64,000 nt of DNA from Neodothiora populina (taxonomy: Eukaryota), in contig NW_027191406.1 in the NCBI RefSeq assembly GCF_041146345.1, positions 992,001 through 1,056,000 on the forward strand, in the 5' to 3' direction. The translations under genes and the position numbers were made by a program. Each line of letters opens with the position of its first letter. Positions within the stretch are counted from its first letter, which is position 1. A model generated the notes under the pieces. That model was not told the DNA's origin, did not search any database, and worked only from the letters and a program-made list of their open reading frames with translations. This document shows positions 23,843 through 36,487 of this stretch, one piece after another.

Positions 23843-24900
23843 GGTGGCTCTTGCGGTGGAGTTTCGAATTCACGTGCTTCTGTGACTTTGCGCAATCGTA
23901 TGCGGCTTCTGCTGTTTCGAAATAAAGACACAAGAGGATGATCAAAGGGGGCGGCTGCTCGTGATGTCTTGTCTTCCTCACTTTAAGGCGCCGCTCAAGA
24001 TTTCTGGATCTCGTCGCCGCGAAACTTGGTGGGGCAGGTGCGCTCGCCGCCTTCTGCATCTGGTAATTGTCTTTCGCGACTTGGCAGAAAAGAAGCGGAT
24101 TGCGTCACGTGCTGATGCCCAATTTCTGTGCCTTTCTAAAACCACCTACCATTCTACTGTACTGTGAGTTCACTTACGAACGGGAAATCGTGGCAGTGAG
24201 TGGTACAGCATCCTTGATGCCTCATCATACTTGTGACTACGGCCAGCATAATGTCTGCGCACCTCTGTTACTCATGATAATGACGTTGTGTCCACTGTGT
24301 CTAGAAACATCTTTCTCTAAGTGAGCCCAACACTGACAGTCAACAGGAAAGTGTGACTACTGTAAGGTAAGGTACAGTACTCAATTCAAAGCTACCGCGC
24401 GGGCTGTCTGGTAGTGAATGCACCTTCCTTTACGTTCACGCTGTCTTCTCCGAGTACAAGATTCTATCCTTATGTTAGTGATCTTCACGTTGAAGGTAGG
24501 TGAGATGAGTGCTTACCTTTCTAAACTCCCATACTTTCAACAACCTGCTCCTTTGGTCATGCCCACCTTCTCGAGCACAACGAGATCTGCTCTGAACGGC
24601 GCAATGGGCAAGTCAATCGGATTCATAGCCGCATTAGCAATGTGTCAATTGGCGCTCCATCGCTTTCACAATACACACAGAGACTGACACTGTCATGACA
24701 AACACCACTGTTTTAGCACTCCGTCACTCAAGGCGATTTCTGCGAGTCAACGACGTTATTAATGAGCTACGTTGTGCTACCTTCGCACCCCTAATCAATT
24801 CTCCTTTACACAAAGTACGACACGCCAATCTGTCCCATCCGTCAAGACTCCCTTCACATTCCACCAGTCTGCGTGTTACATATGATGTTAATCAGACGTC

Positions 24901-25504
24901 TTAGATGTATGTCGGCTTGAGATAAACATCGACGCAGCTGGAGGGGAGTTCGAGGTCAAAGTGACTTTCACAGATTTAGTTGGTACACAAGTATCTGACA
25001 CAACAATCATACTGACCTCAGCTTTGCGAACAACTGAGGAACGCCATGCCACCAATCGCATACGATCCAGCCACCGAAAGTAGTGGGTGCACTGTATTGC
25101 AACCCAGTCTCATTGAGATAGAATGCAGCATCACCCTGCCCAACATTTATTCTGACTGGCGCCCAGGCCGAGTAAGAGTTGGCCGGTTGAACGCTAAGCC
25201 CCCATGGAAAATCGCCTCCCAGGTCAAATTCTTGGTGTTGATAGAATCCACCATCTGGCAAGGCTATATTTGTGGCATTGGTGAATCCCTTGATGGGGTC
25301 GGATGTGCTTGGATACAACACAGCGTCATTCAGGGCAGCACCTGTGTGCGTTGTGCCCAGCGACAGATTGTCGTACTTTTCCTTGCCTGGTTGACTTGGC
25401 TTCAGCTCAGTTCGGAGTTGGTATTCTTGAGTAGTGTTCAGGCCAGCCGACATCGCCAAGGTGGCAAAAGCAAGGCATTGGAGTGCAGTGATGGAGGTCT
25501 TCAT
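24901..25504 (-). CDS. Small secreted protein of unknown function
   Basis: Signal peptide MKTSITALQCLAFATLAMSA; motifs THTGAALNDAVL and FGGWIVCDWWHGVPQLF. Intron 24965-25016 (GTCAGT...AAG) gives final exon SHFDLELPSSCVDVYLKPTYI*. Confidence 0.8.
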
Positions 25505-26237
25505 GTCGTATGTTGTAATGTGAGTCGCGGTACTATACTAGATCTTGATGGGTATGAAGATGTAATTGCTGATACGAAAACTCTCGAGGACCATTGCTTT
25601 TATATTCGATATGGTTTGAGCATGACTCGTCTTACGTCGAAAGAATACGAGGGATGCCACTCGATACACAGTATCATCGGCTGTCCCGAAATGGAAATAG
25701 CTGTACTATTGCATTATACGAACATGATAGATCCATCGTGCATGTATTTGCACTACAGTATGTGAAGAGCTGATCATGTAGAGAAGCCGGAGCTCAACGG
25801 GAAAAGCTTGCTATATGGCAAATATAGCAACCACAAACGTTAGACTGACAGTCACATTCCTTCGACTTGTAGGACCAGTGTAGAATATTTATACTTCTAG
25901 ATTCAAAAATACATATATCGAGAAGATGATATCCAGCAGCGCTTACTGAAGTATATTGATGCGGCGATGCCGAAGTAGGCAATGACCTCTGGTCACGCCG
26001 ATTCATCATACGACACCGATTACTGGCATACGACGTCGTACTGCGAGGAGGAGCGACGACCCTTCGTATCACTAAACGGGAAGGCACGAGTTTACATACG
26101 GATGTCATTACACCAAGTCTTCTTAGCCTTCCTTAGCACATGCACACGTCTCACCTCAGGTGTCTTGGTTTAGGCGTCCTGCTCTAGGCGTCCACTGCTA
26201 TAGTAGAATTTCCAGACCTGTATCAATATTCCTAGAA

Positions 26238-28685
26238 ATGGCAAGTGTCTCCAGATCATCACCTCACCATACTATATGCACCGAAGGCAGTACCCTTGAT
26301 GAACCTGACCTGCGTATCCTACATTTCAATGACGTCTATCATGTCGAGCCTAGCGACCACGAACCAGTCGGTGGCATCTCTCGCTTCCAATATGCATGCG
26401 ATCATTTCAGATACGATTCTCAGTACCAGGGACAACCAGAGCTCATCTCGTTCTTTTCTGGAGATGGCTTCGGTCCAAGTCTGGAAAGCAGTGTGACAAA
26501 AGGTACATCCGTCACTGATTCACTTACACAACCGCATAGAACTGAACAGCTTGTGGAGGTAGTCATATGGTTCCGATTCTCAACAATATCCCCACGGCAG
26601 CAGCCTGCGTTAGAGTGTGTCAATTCCGATACTGGAACGGACCACGAACGTAATGGCTGATGTCTCTGTCTTCTTAGAACCACGACCTCGATCTTGGAGT
26701 TCACCAATTCGGACATTTAGCTTCTCAGTGCAAGTTCCCATGGCTACTTGCAAATGTCCTAGATCCTGCACTTGGCGATGGTGTCCCGCTCGGACATGCC
26801 GAAAAGACTGTGATCATTACAGCATCGAATGGCATCAAGGTAGGTCTGATAGGCTTAGTAGAAAAAGAGTGGCTGGAAGCTATCAACGCGCTTCCACCCA
26901 ATTTGATCTACGTCGATGGTCCAACAGCTGCGACCCAATTAGTTCCTGAACTTCGATCTCGTGGTGCAGAGATCGTCATAGCTTTGTGCCATCAGCGAGA
27001 GTATCACGACAACAGGCTAGCAGAAGAAACGCCTCCTGGGCTGATAGATATCATACTTGGTGGACACGACCACCATTATCGCTATAGCAAGATTCGGGAT
27101 ACACATGTCCTCTGCTCTGGTAGTGACTTCAAACATCTGAGCTATGTTGAAGCACAACGGCGCCGATCATTTTGTGCTGGAGCAATAGCCCAGGAGCGAA
27201 AATGGGATTTTTCGATCACTAGACACGACATCACAAGCGATGTCCCTGAAGATCTCAAGACGCTCCAGATCATGGACAATCTATTCTCTTCCCTCAAGCA
27301 TAAGCTTGAGAAACCCGTAGGCTACACGGCAGTACCACTGGATTCTCGTTTCATGACAGTCAGGACGCGAGAGTCCAACCTTGGCAATTTCGTCACTGAT
27401 CTGATGAGGTATTACTATGACACGGACTGTGCAATTATAGTTGGTGGGACGATAAGGGGAGATGTTGAGTATCCTCGCGGAGTCTTACGTATGAAGGACA
27501 TCATAGACTGGTGAGGAAACCCAACCTTTCCAGCATTCGTAGCTCATTCGAGATGCAGTTTTCCCTTCGAAGATCCCACTGTGGTCATTCAAGTCAAAGG
27601 GGGAGACATCCTGGAAGCCCTCGAGAATGGCGTAAGCCACTATCCAGCTCTAGAGGGTACTTGGCCTCTTCTGTACAATTCATATCTAATATTGCTGCTG
27701 ATTCATCTATAGGTCGTTTCCCACAGGTTTCAAATATCCACTTCGGTTTTGATCCAACCAAACCTCCCGGTCGCCGCATTGTTGAAGTACGCATAGGAGG
27801 ACAGGAGCTGGACACAACTAGAGACTATTCCCTTGCGACAAGAGCCTACATGGTCAACGGAGGAGGTGGAATTGTGACCGCCTTGCAACATATACCCAAG
27901 CTAATGGACTGTAGATGGATACATAAGCCTCGCTCTTGGTGGTCATGGCGGACACGCTATACCTCTCGTCAAAGAAGAAAACGGAATTCTGTTATCGATG
28001 CTCCTACGGCAGCACTTCCTGTCGAGCATGACTCTTGGTCGCTGGATGAATTGGGGCGCTACTCTCGGCCAGCACTGGAGTAGTGTGCATGACCAGTTGG
28101 CAAGAAGTGGTACCACAACTACAACACCAAGTACGGGACAAAACCTGCTCAACAACACTACCGAAGCGAAGAGCTCGACCGATCAAAAAGAGCATACGTC
28201 GAGTCTGGTCGTCAGATGTATCCGACAGGAGACCTATCGACCAATGCCTGCACAGGTCGTACCTCCTCTACTCCCGCATGAAATCAACATTTCGTCATCA
28301 GAAAAACCCCTTTTCTCACACGAGCAGCTAAAACCTCTTCCAGAGCCCAAAACCCAAGATCTTCAAATCATCGACAAACACGCAAGAAGAGATTAATCTA
28401 TCAGACTCGGAAGATGAAGTCGAACATTTGTCGCCATTTGCTCCGACAGCTTCAGGCATCGAGCACGCAACTGAAACTAGTCAAAGCGACCGAGAAATCC
28501 TCATTTCGAGGAAAGCCATGCGGAAATGGTGGAGACTCGCGGGCCTGAGCAAGGGTAAAGGACACGAATTGGGGTTCGAGAAAGGAGAGGAAATCGGCGT
28601 TGCCTGGACTAGGGGTATTTGTCCTAGAGTCGAGGGGAGGATCAGAGTTGTTGGTGGTGAGGGGGTGGTACAAATCACTGACTAG
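26238..28685 (+). CDS. 5'-nucleotidase family metallophosphoesterase (about 6 introns; possibly degenerate)
   Basis: LHFNDVYH, FSGD, NHD, LGGHDH, ESNLGNFVTDLMR, GGTIRGD, FPFEDP, GRFPQVS, WTRGICPRVEGRI. Introns at about 26503-26549, 26615-26677, 27511-27558, 27657-27712, 27866-27914 and 28256-28343 (the last is least certain). Confidence 0.85.
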
Positions 28686-28915
28686 AGGAGAGAAGGAAGA
28701 AGAGAATCCATAGCTTTATTATAGAGGCCTGAGACTCGACCACTCCTAACCTAAGAGTCCACAATTACTATTTCCACCCTATCACAATAGAAGATAGAGT
28801 TCTCAGAGTCCTACGCGTTCTTTCGTGCCCTTTTCACTCTCTCTATATCCGAATAAGCATTTGTAGGGCTGTAATTATCCAAAGCCAGCATCAAGCATGA
28901 ATCTAATCAAACAAA

Positions 28916-31900
28916 CTAATCACTATTCAACCACTCCGGCTCAGCATCTTCGTCTTCAGGATCATGACTCAACAACGAGCCTTTGTCGCTTTCTGCTCCT
29001 TTGTCTTGTCCTTCTCCGTCAATGTCGCCAGCTTTGTCGTCGTCGTCGTCGTCGTCGTCGTTATTGTTGTTATTGTCATCAGCAGCAGCAATATGCCTCT
29101 GTGGTACATCACCACCATTCTCAGACGAAACAGTCTCGAGGGTTTTCTTGTTGCGTGATGCTTCGCCGTCTCCTTCTTCTTCTGCGTCGCGTATGAATCC
29201 TCCGCCTCCGGAATCACTCATGCTCACATCTTCTCGAGTCCCAGTGTCATCCTCGACGTCGACGTCGTCCTCTGGAATGAAGCCCCCTCCTCCGCCGCTC
29301 ATCTTCACGTCCTCATCAAGTCCGGCTTTATTTTCTTCGTCGTTCTCGAGAATGAATCCGCCGCCTCCATCATCGTTGGGGATGAACCCACCGCCTCCGT
29401 CGTCGATGACATCGTCGTGTACGTCCGGAGTGGGGTCTACGACGAAGCCGCCACGAGTATCAGCTTCTGCGGCATGGTTGCTAGTGCTTCCATGCGTCGC
29501 TTGTGCAGAGGAGGGGTCATGGGAGTGAAAGAACCCCCCATCACCTACACTAGCGCTATCGTCGTCTACGCTGTCGCTCGCGAGATCAGATAGTGGTGAT
29601 GAGCTTGTCATGGCGGATGGGATGACGGCATCACGGGCTAGACTTTCATGCTGCGTGTCGTGGTCGGGTCCATCTTGTATTGCTGGGGGTTCGTCGTTTT
29701 CGGCGCTGGACTCCTCGGCGAGTTTGGCTTGGGATCTGGTGACTCTTGTGCTTCGTCTTGTGGCTTGTGTTGGTGTTGGTGTTGGTGTTGCTTTTGTCTT
29801 TGGTTTATTTCGTGGGGGTTTTGCTGGTTTGGGATCCGGAGCATGCGCTCTGCCTTGTTGTCGACGGACTGGAGGTGGACGGATCGGCTCAGGGACGAAG
29901 TCGTCTTCGCTGTCGTTATTGTTGATCTCTTCTGCTTCGCTTTCGTCTTTGAGGGTGATGTTCCGTTGACGACGCAGTCTGGGCGCTGGCTCATTTACTT
30001 GCTCGCCTTCGTCTTCGTCTTCGCCGTCGTCTTGGTACGTTGGGTGTTTGTCTGCTTCGTCATCGTACATTTCTGCGTCGGCTTCCTCTTGCGCTCGAGC
30101 AAGTAGACTCCTAGGCTGAGCAGCGCCGCCGAATCGGCTTGCGGTTGGAGCGGTCTCTTCAGCGGCATCAGGAAAAAATCCGCCGGCTCCCATTGCTTCC
30201 TCCTGCTTTTCCTCCACTTCATCGAGCTGTTTCCTCACGGTTTCAATCTTCCTACTGCTAGGCTTCGGGGCGCTGTCGTTGTCGTACATGCCTAGTCTGG
30301 CGCCGATCCTGAGACCTGTGAGAAACCTACGCCAGAGACGTAGAGACTCAATCGTCCTCTTGGCGTCTTCTTCCGCCTGAGCGGCATTTTGGAATCCTTC
30401 GATAGTGGCTCTCATGGACTCTTCATACTCGCTTGCGACTACGACACCGGCTTTCACGGCTTCGCCTATCCGACCTTTAAAAGTGAAGCCAGTGACCGCG
30501 TCTGCAAAGTCTATACCTAATACCTTGGCTGCTCGGGCTGCTAGTGCATGTCTGATGTGTACGGCTCCTGGAGGTACCATGGACGGAACATAGACGTCGA
30601 GATTTCCGAAACCATTTTTGGGGATGCGGCCATCGACAACTCGTGGAGGAATGTAAAGAGATGTCTGCGAGTAGGCGTACAGAGCTGTCGTTGGGTTTTC
30701 TTCGTCTAGTTCCTCTTGAGCTGCTCGTACACCTCGTCTAGCAGGGACATGTTTGAGGGCTTGTTCGCCAGGCTGCAAGACATTGTCAGCACAATTAACT
30801 TCATGCATATAAGTATGGGAAGTTTAAACCTCAATCTCACGTCCGACTCGATACCATTTATCTGCACTCCGTACCAATTGCACATCACTTCGTCGATATA
30901 CACTTTCCAGATTGCTACTTGAGCTTTTGCCAGTATTTATCTTGCCGACTTCACGCTTCGGGAATATGACTTCGTGTCGCTTTAGGTGTCGTTCCAGAGC
31001 ATAGTAAGGGTGGCCCTTGAAATCTTGTACGTTGTTGGGTAAACCCTCGGCGGCTTCTTTCGTTGCCAATTCCGCATCCTCGACTTGGTCGCGATCTGTA
31101 TGTTTGCGACGGCGGAATGGCTTGAGAGCCTTCCGCCACCACTTGTCCCCGTTTTCGGTCGACTCGATGCGGGACTTCCTAGTCTTTGCATTGAACGCTT
31201 TGGCGTACCGCCGTGTCACATCCCTCGCGCATCCATTACTCTCAAAGGCAAGCACATAACTCATAGAGTTCTGCTCATAAGATGCGGGCGGTTCCAGCTT
31301 TGAAGGCTTATTGATGACACCCGTCACTGTCGCATCAATAGGTACCCATCGCTGATATGCAGGATTGAATGCTTCGACCCAGAAAATGGGATAATCCAGC
31401 TTGCGGATGGAGCTAGGTTTCTTCTTAGGTTTGGCGGGTAAGTTGGGAAAAGGTTGGCCTCCTCCGGGCATAGCCATCATCGGCTGGCCGATCCTCCGCC
31501 TCCTACCCCTCGGTGTGCTGCTTGTGTCTGAAGCAGACCCTGCGGCGGATCCTTCTTCGGCGCTGGTAGTTCCGTCTGCGTAAGTGGTTGGTTTTGACCT
31601 GAGCGGCGTGCCGGACTTGACTCCAGCAGTGCTGAAAGGTAGAGCTTGAAGAGAGCACACCAACCGAGCTTCCACACCGACGCTGCGAAGTAGCGCACAG
31701 AAAAGCTGGTTGCCAAGGTCTTGCGATCCTTTCAGCGTTGACGCTCGTTTGATAAAAGTATCTTTGTCTATGGATGGGACTTCGTCTACTATTGCAGCGA
31801 TTTGCTGGTCGTGGAGTTAGCATGACGATGGGTTTTCTGACATTCTGGGTCGTACTTTTCTGATTGTGTCTGGGTCATCTGCCCATTGCGGTCTTCGCAT

Positions 31901-32727
31901 GCCGTTCTCCGTCACTCTGAATCTAGACTCCCATATCTCTACAGCGATCTTAAGTCCATTGATAAAACTTTCAGATCTACTATACTGGATTAGATCTTCC
32001 CTCGGGTGCATCAAGCCAACAACCTTGAGAGGCAAAACACCACGCAGACGTGACTGAGGTCATTAGCTATTGAGAGAAACATACTAGATGTGGGGACTTG
32101 GCTTACATGCACTTCATCTGAGTTGCACCACGCATTCCGTACGTGGACATGAAAGATTAGAAATAACAGATGCGATTCATGCACTGCCAGACGATGCAAC
32201 TTTTCGGCAGTAGTCACTGGCTTGCGCTTCGCTGCAACTTTCTTAGGGGTAGTTTTAGGTCCGACCTCAACTGCAATGTCCGATATGTCGTTATCGGCGT
32301 CTTTAGGTGCGACGGATGGTGATTCTGTCACTTGTTCTTGATCGAACCCAATTTCCTCCCAATCAATGTCGTCGTCGTCAGAGCCAGAATCGAAGACTGT
32401 TTGCTGTGGGAGTGACTCGAGTTCATTCTCGCTAAAATCTCCGGTCACAGATGGTGCTTTGCCACGGCTCTCCTGAGCCTGACGTTTTGCGGCAATAGGT
32501 GCAGGCTCATCACTGTCCAGTCGTCTTCGCTTGGCTGATCTCGCTGCATCTATGTGTGGTTCCGGCGGCGTTTCAGCCTCTGAGAGCATTTCCCTGAACA
32601 CATCTGGCACGCCATTCTGTCGCCTCGCCGCTGCAGCTGCTTCACTGCGTGTGGATGAATTTGCGATAGCAGCAAGGCGATCCTCGGCTCTGATCTGCGC
32701 TTTTGACTTTCCTTTCGATGCGACCAT
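28916..32727 (-). CDS. RAD4: Nucleotide excision repair damage sensor Rad4/XPC
   Basis: QLFCALLRSVGVEARLVCSLQ, YPIFWVEAF, ARDVTRRYA, FKGHPYYALERHL, PKNGFGNLDVYVPSMVPPG, ADAVTGFTF. Introns 32054-32106, 31805-31855 and 30773-30829 all keep frame. Confidence 0.95.
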
Positions 32728-33175
32728 ATCTGCTAATCAAGATGTCTCGATTTTGTCGCGAAAAGCTATGTTATCCATACTTGTGACCAGCACCTTCGTC
32801 GTAGGATATGTCACCAACTGAACATTATTAGGAACGTGCCATGCAAAAAGAGATCAATGCCAGGCTCAGAGAACTGCAAGTGATTACTGTTTCCAGATAG
32901 TTGGTATACCAGTCTGATCCCACGTGAGCCGGTGGCCGGTTTGGGGGCATGACGTAGCGCCAAGTGACTGCGATGGGGAAAGCGCGTCCTTGTCGCGACA
33001 GGCGCGTCGTCCTTAAGTCAGTCTTGGCATTAATGGAACAGGCAACTACGACACATTGACGAAACATCAATCACTTTGACGGTGGTGTCTACTCGGATCG
33101 TGGTGTGTTAAATTCAGGTCCCAGTAGGAGAAATTCCGCATCTCTACTAAGACAAAGAGCAAATGGAGTTCCAGC

Positions 33176-35827
33176 ATGGCTCCAGCAACAAAGAAGGTGG
33201 CAATGGATGATGATGTGGTTTATAGTTCTGGCACGACATTCCGTCAAAGGAAGTTCCCAGATCGTAAGACGAAAGTGAAGCAGCCGAGACGATCCTTACC
33301 TGCATCAAGTAAGCCAACGCTGGCAAAGCAGTCGACTCTCACTCAAAGCTGGTCTTTTGAAGGGAGCATATCTGACGAACAGGATGAGGTTGAGGAGATT
33401 GAAGACGTGGAAGATGGGGATTACAAGGCGGAAGAACCAATGAGAAAGAGACGGCGAACATGTTCCAAGCAGCAAATAAAGAGTACGATGAGTGTGAAGA
33501 GGCAAAATACCATGACTCAAATGGGGTATATTAAGCCGATGGGAAGCAGCCACGAGGGCCAGGAACAGGAAGACCAGACGACAGACGAGGAAGACAATAC
33601 TGCTGAGAGTGACGGACAAGCAACAGTGGATGAAAACGAGATTGAGCGAGTGCCTGAGTCGATAGCTTCCCAAGACACTCTTTCCCCAACACGCCCTGTC
33701 CAGGCTCGTTATCAGGAACGGCAGGGTCCTAGTCCAGAGCTGTCGTTTTCATTGCCTCAGCCTCGAACGCCGCAGAAGAACTTTCCTTCGGAAATCCCTT
33801 CGTCAAACACGCCACAGAGCGCTATTTTGTTCTCCGCCATGAGCCGGCGTTCTCGAAGATCTCCGGTCAATTCCCCCTTGAAAGCCCGCAGTATGGATAT
33901 ATCACCACCACGCCAAGCCGCCGCGATGAGTCCCGTACACGAGACACCGATCAAGGAAGCCATCCCCTTCTTCCCTTGGGCGGTGCGGAAGACCCCGCTG
34001 TTTCGTGTTCCCGAGATGCCTAGTAGAAGGATGCCTAAGCTCAAGCATCGGACTACCATTCCTGATTCTGATGACATGCCTGTGCTGGAGACTCAACACC
34101 AACCATCTACTGCTGTGAATGAGCCAGGTCGGAGACTCGTACGAGTGCTGTCGACTATCCAAGACAATCAGTTTCAAGCCTCAGCCGAGACACTGGCAGA
34201 TGACGTGTCTGCAGCACGGGCTCGAGAAGACGAGTATGTGAGCGGTGACACTTACCAAGCGACTTTGGAGTATAACGGTCCCTACTATGACACGGTCGCC
34301 AGCGCCTTGGACCGTGACGCTGCAAGATGTGACCAGACTCAGAGGTTGGAATTCTTCCGTCGTGCTCGACGTCCCAATGTCGTTCTGGACACCCAGGAGG
34401 GCTCTGCTGAGGACCTCTTGTTGGGCAGGTCTCGTCAACGGCAAAGAATGCCGGCTTTGTCACAAGCAGTAAACCCTCAAGCTGGCGCAAACTCGGCCGC
34501 TGATGATCAGTCTGTCAAGTCCGAGTCATTGCCTACCACGCCAGAGAACCCTGAGAGGCAGCACCACCGATCTCGTTTTCATGATGTCAACGTCGTTGAT
34601 CTCACCGCCGACTCGTTCGATCCCTTGATACCGACAACATCAGACTCCCCTACGCCAAGGGCAGATACTCAGCAACCACCAGACATGGCTCACTTATTGT
34701 CCTCACCGGCAGTCGAGAAGAACACTCGCATGACTTCTTCCCCTCCTCCGGCTTTCGACCGAACGAACGCAATGATAGACAAGAACGTGGAGTACCTGAC
34801 GTTGAACGATGTCCAAGTGAAGCAGACCGCGACTTCTGGATCCCTTCCACCACCGTCGACGCAGCGCCAGCGAAATGATCATTTCCGTGCACGCGAGGAT
34901 GCTTCGCATCTCAGCCAAGTGTCTACGATAGGGTTCCCAACCCAAGCCTGGAGTTCGCAGAAGCAAAACATGCGGATCAAGCAAGAATATGACGACTACT
35001 CTTTCGCAGAATCTCAAATACTGCACAGGGGCGAGGAGGAAATGGATCTGGACCCAGATATCGATAACATCGTCTCTTCCGAAGCAGTCCCACCACACCA
35101 CCAGCCTCAGGGAGCAGTGGAACATATCGACCTCAGCGACCAAATCGAACCCCCAGAGACAGAAGACGATGATTACGTCGATATCGATGAGGTTAATCGC
35201 CGCCATCATATAGTCAAGGGAGAAGCCCCATTGCCCAGCTCTCCTCTGCCCATCGCACCAGGCCACACATGGACAGAATACGACGATGTCCGTAACGAGG
35301 ACATGTCATCAGATCTGCCAGCTCACTTGAGTCCTCCACCATCGACCTCGTCTGAACCGATGCAAGCGGAGTCTCCAGAGTCTCACACCAGCCCCGCAAC
35401 GCACGTCCTCGCAGCACAGGCGCATGTTCCAGACATAAATCAAGAGACGACGCCACGCGCTCGTGGAGCTAAACTCAAAGCCGAAGAAAAGACAATCTCA
35501 CAAGCACCAGCAGCACGCGGCCTAAGTGAAAAAGCACTGGGAAAACGACCGCTGTACACGATCTCCTCGTCGGAATCTGACTCGGAAGACGAAGAGCTAT
35601 ATCTGCTCGCAGACGAGGAAGGTGAAGAAGGACCCTATGACACCGAATTCCCAGACGAGAGGCCTCGCTTCGACGAGCAACACTCGTGGCACTTCAGACC
35701 CGCGAATGAAATCGTTCCAGACACACAGTATAGCTTTGCGATTCCGCCGGTTCCGCCTTCTTCCGAGGATGATGGGCATCATTATCGTTCCGCTCGGATC
35801 ATGCAGCAGAGGCAGCAGGGAGGATGA
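33176..35827 (+). CDS. Uncharacterised 883-aa disordered, probably nuclear protein, S/TQ-rich
   Basis: Long intronless ATG ORF; NLS-like RKRRR; QSTLTQ and QNTMTQ motifs; divergent from RAD4. Confidence 0.75.
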   Translation: MAPATKKVAMDDDVVYSSGTTFRQRKFPDRKTKVKQPRRSLPASSKPTLAKQSTLTQSWSFEGSISDEQDEVEEIEDVEDGDYKAEEPMRKRRRTCSKQQIKSTMSVKRQNTMTQMGYIKPMGSSHEGQEQEDQTTDEEDNTAESDGQATVDENEIERVPESIASQDTLSPTRPVQARYQERQGPSPELSFSLPQPRTPQKNFPSEIPSSNTPQSAILFSAMSRRSRRSPVNSPLKARSMDISPPRQAAAMSPVHETPIKEAIPFFPWAVRKTPLFRVPEMPSRRMPKLKHRTTIPDSDDMPVLETQHQPSTAVNEPGRRLVRVLSTIQDNQFQASAETLADDVSAARAREDEYVSGDTYQATLEYNGPYYDTVASALDRDAARCDQTQRLEFFRRARRPNVVLDTQEGSAEDLLLGRSRQRQRMPALSQAVNPQAGANSAADDQSVKSESLPTTPENPERQHHRSRFHDVNVVDLTADSFDPLIPTTSDSPTPRADTQQPPDMAHLLSSPAVEKNTRMTSSPPPAFDRTNAMIDKNVEYLTLNDVQVKQTATSGSLPPPSTQRQRNDHFRAREDASHLSQVSTIGFPTQAWSSQKQNMRIKQEYDDYSFAESQILHRGEEEMDLDPDIDNIVSSEAVPPHHQPQGAVEHIDLSDQIEPPETEDDDYVDIDEVNRRHHIVKGEAPLPSSPLPIAPGHTWTEYDDVRNEDMSSDLPAHLSPPPSTSSEPMQAESPESHTSPATHVLAAQAHVPDINQETTPRARGAKLKAEEKTISQAPAARGLSEKALGKRPLYTISSSESDSEDEELYLLADEEGEEGPYDTEFPDERPRFDEQHSWHFRPANEIVPDTQYSFAIPPVPPSSEDDGHHYRSARIMQQRQQGG

Positions 35828-36223
35828 GCGTGGTTTAGCGTAGTCGGGCACGGTGGTATTGGAAACTAGGATGGAGTACTTGGAAGCAACGACCTAATGT
35901 ACCTATGCGTGTCCCAAGCACGGAAGCAGAATGAGTGTGAAAACGTTAGATCTATACTAGAAAGTGGGTCTATCACCATCTCTTGCCAAATCTATCCTGC
36001 GCACACCTAAGCTATACGCAAGATGAAGATCCTTACCAAAGCAAGAAAAACTGTATGATGATTCCATGAAGTCATGTTCTCGCCATGTGTGTAAAGATCT
36101 GTCTGGGGCAAGAATAGAAAGATATATGTACATGTATATGTTGTAGAAGAGGTATCACGACCCCGACGACGACTACTGCGACAACAGCAACGAGGAAAAG
36201 GTCGGCACAGGACACGATCTTGG

Positions 36224-36259
36224 CCTCTCTCTTTCTCTCTCTCTCTCTCTCTTTCTCTC
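36224..36259 (+). repeat. Interrupted (CT)n microsatellite between two convergent genes
   Basis: Direct reading. Confidence 0.9.
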
Positions 36260-36487
36260 TAGCTTTCCCCTCTTCCTTCCTCTGCTACAAGACAAAAGGC
36301 TAGGTCAATGGCAACACACATCGGAAAAACAAAAGGAACTCCCAGCAGAAGTTCAGAATCAGAATCAGAAAACGAAAAGAGGAAGAAAAAAACTGAGTTT
36401 TGAGCCTTCCTCCCTGACAAGCGACCCTATGCATGCGACACTCCTACAGCCTTCCTTCTATCTGCCACTGTATTTGATTTGCTTCGC

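Noticed and set aside
21701..23941. Long antisense and alternative-frame ORFs over SUP35 (e.g. 22532-23452)
   Set aside because: Expected shadow of strong GC3 codon bias; translations look non-protein-like.
28380..28430. Apparent frameshift near the 3' end of the 5'-nucleotidase
   Set aside because: A GCTAA branch point and CAG acceptor at 28343 with a phase-0 donor near 28256-28259 restore the frame, so an intron is the simpler explanation.
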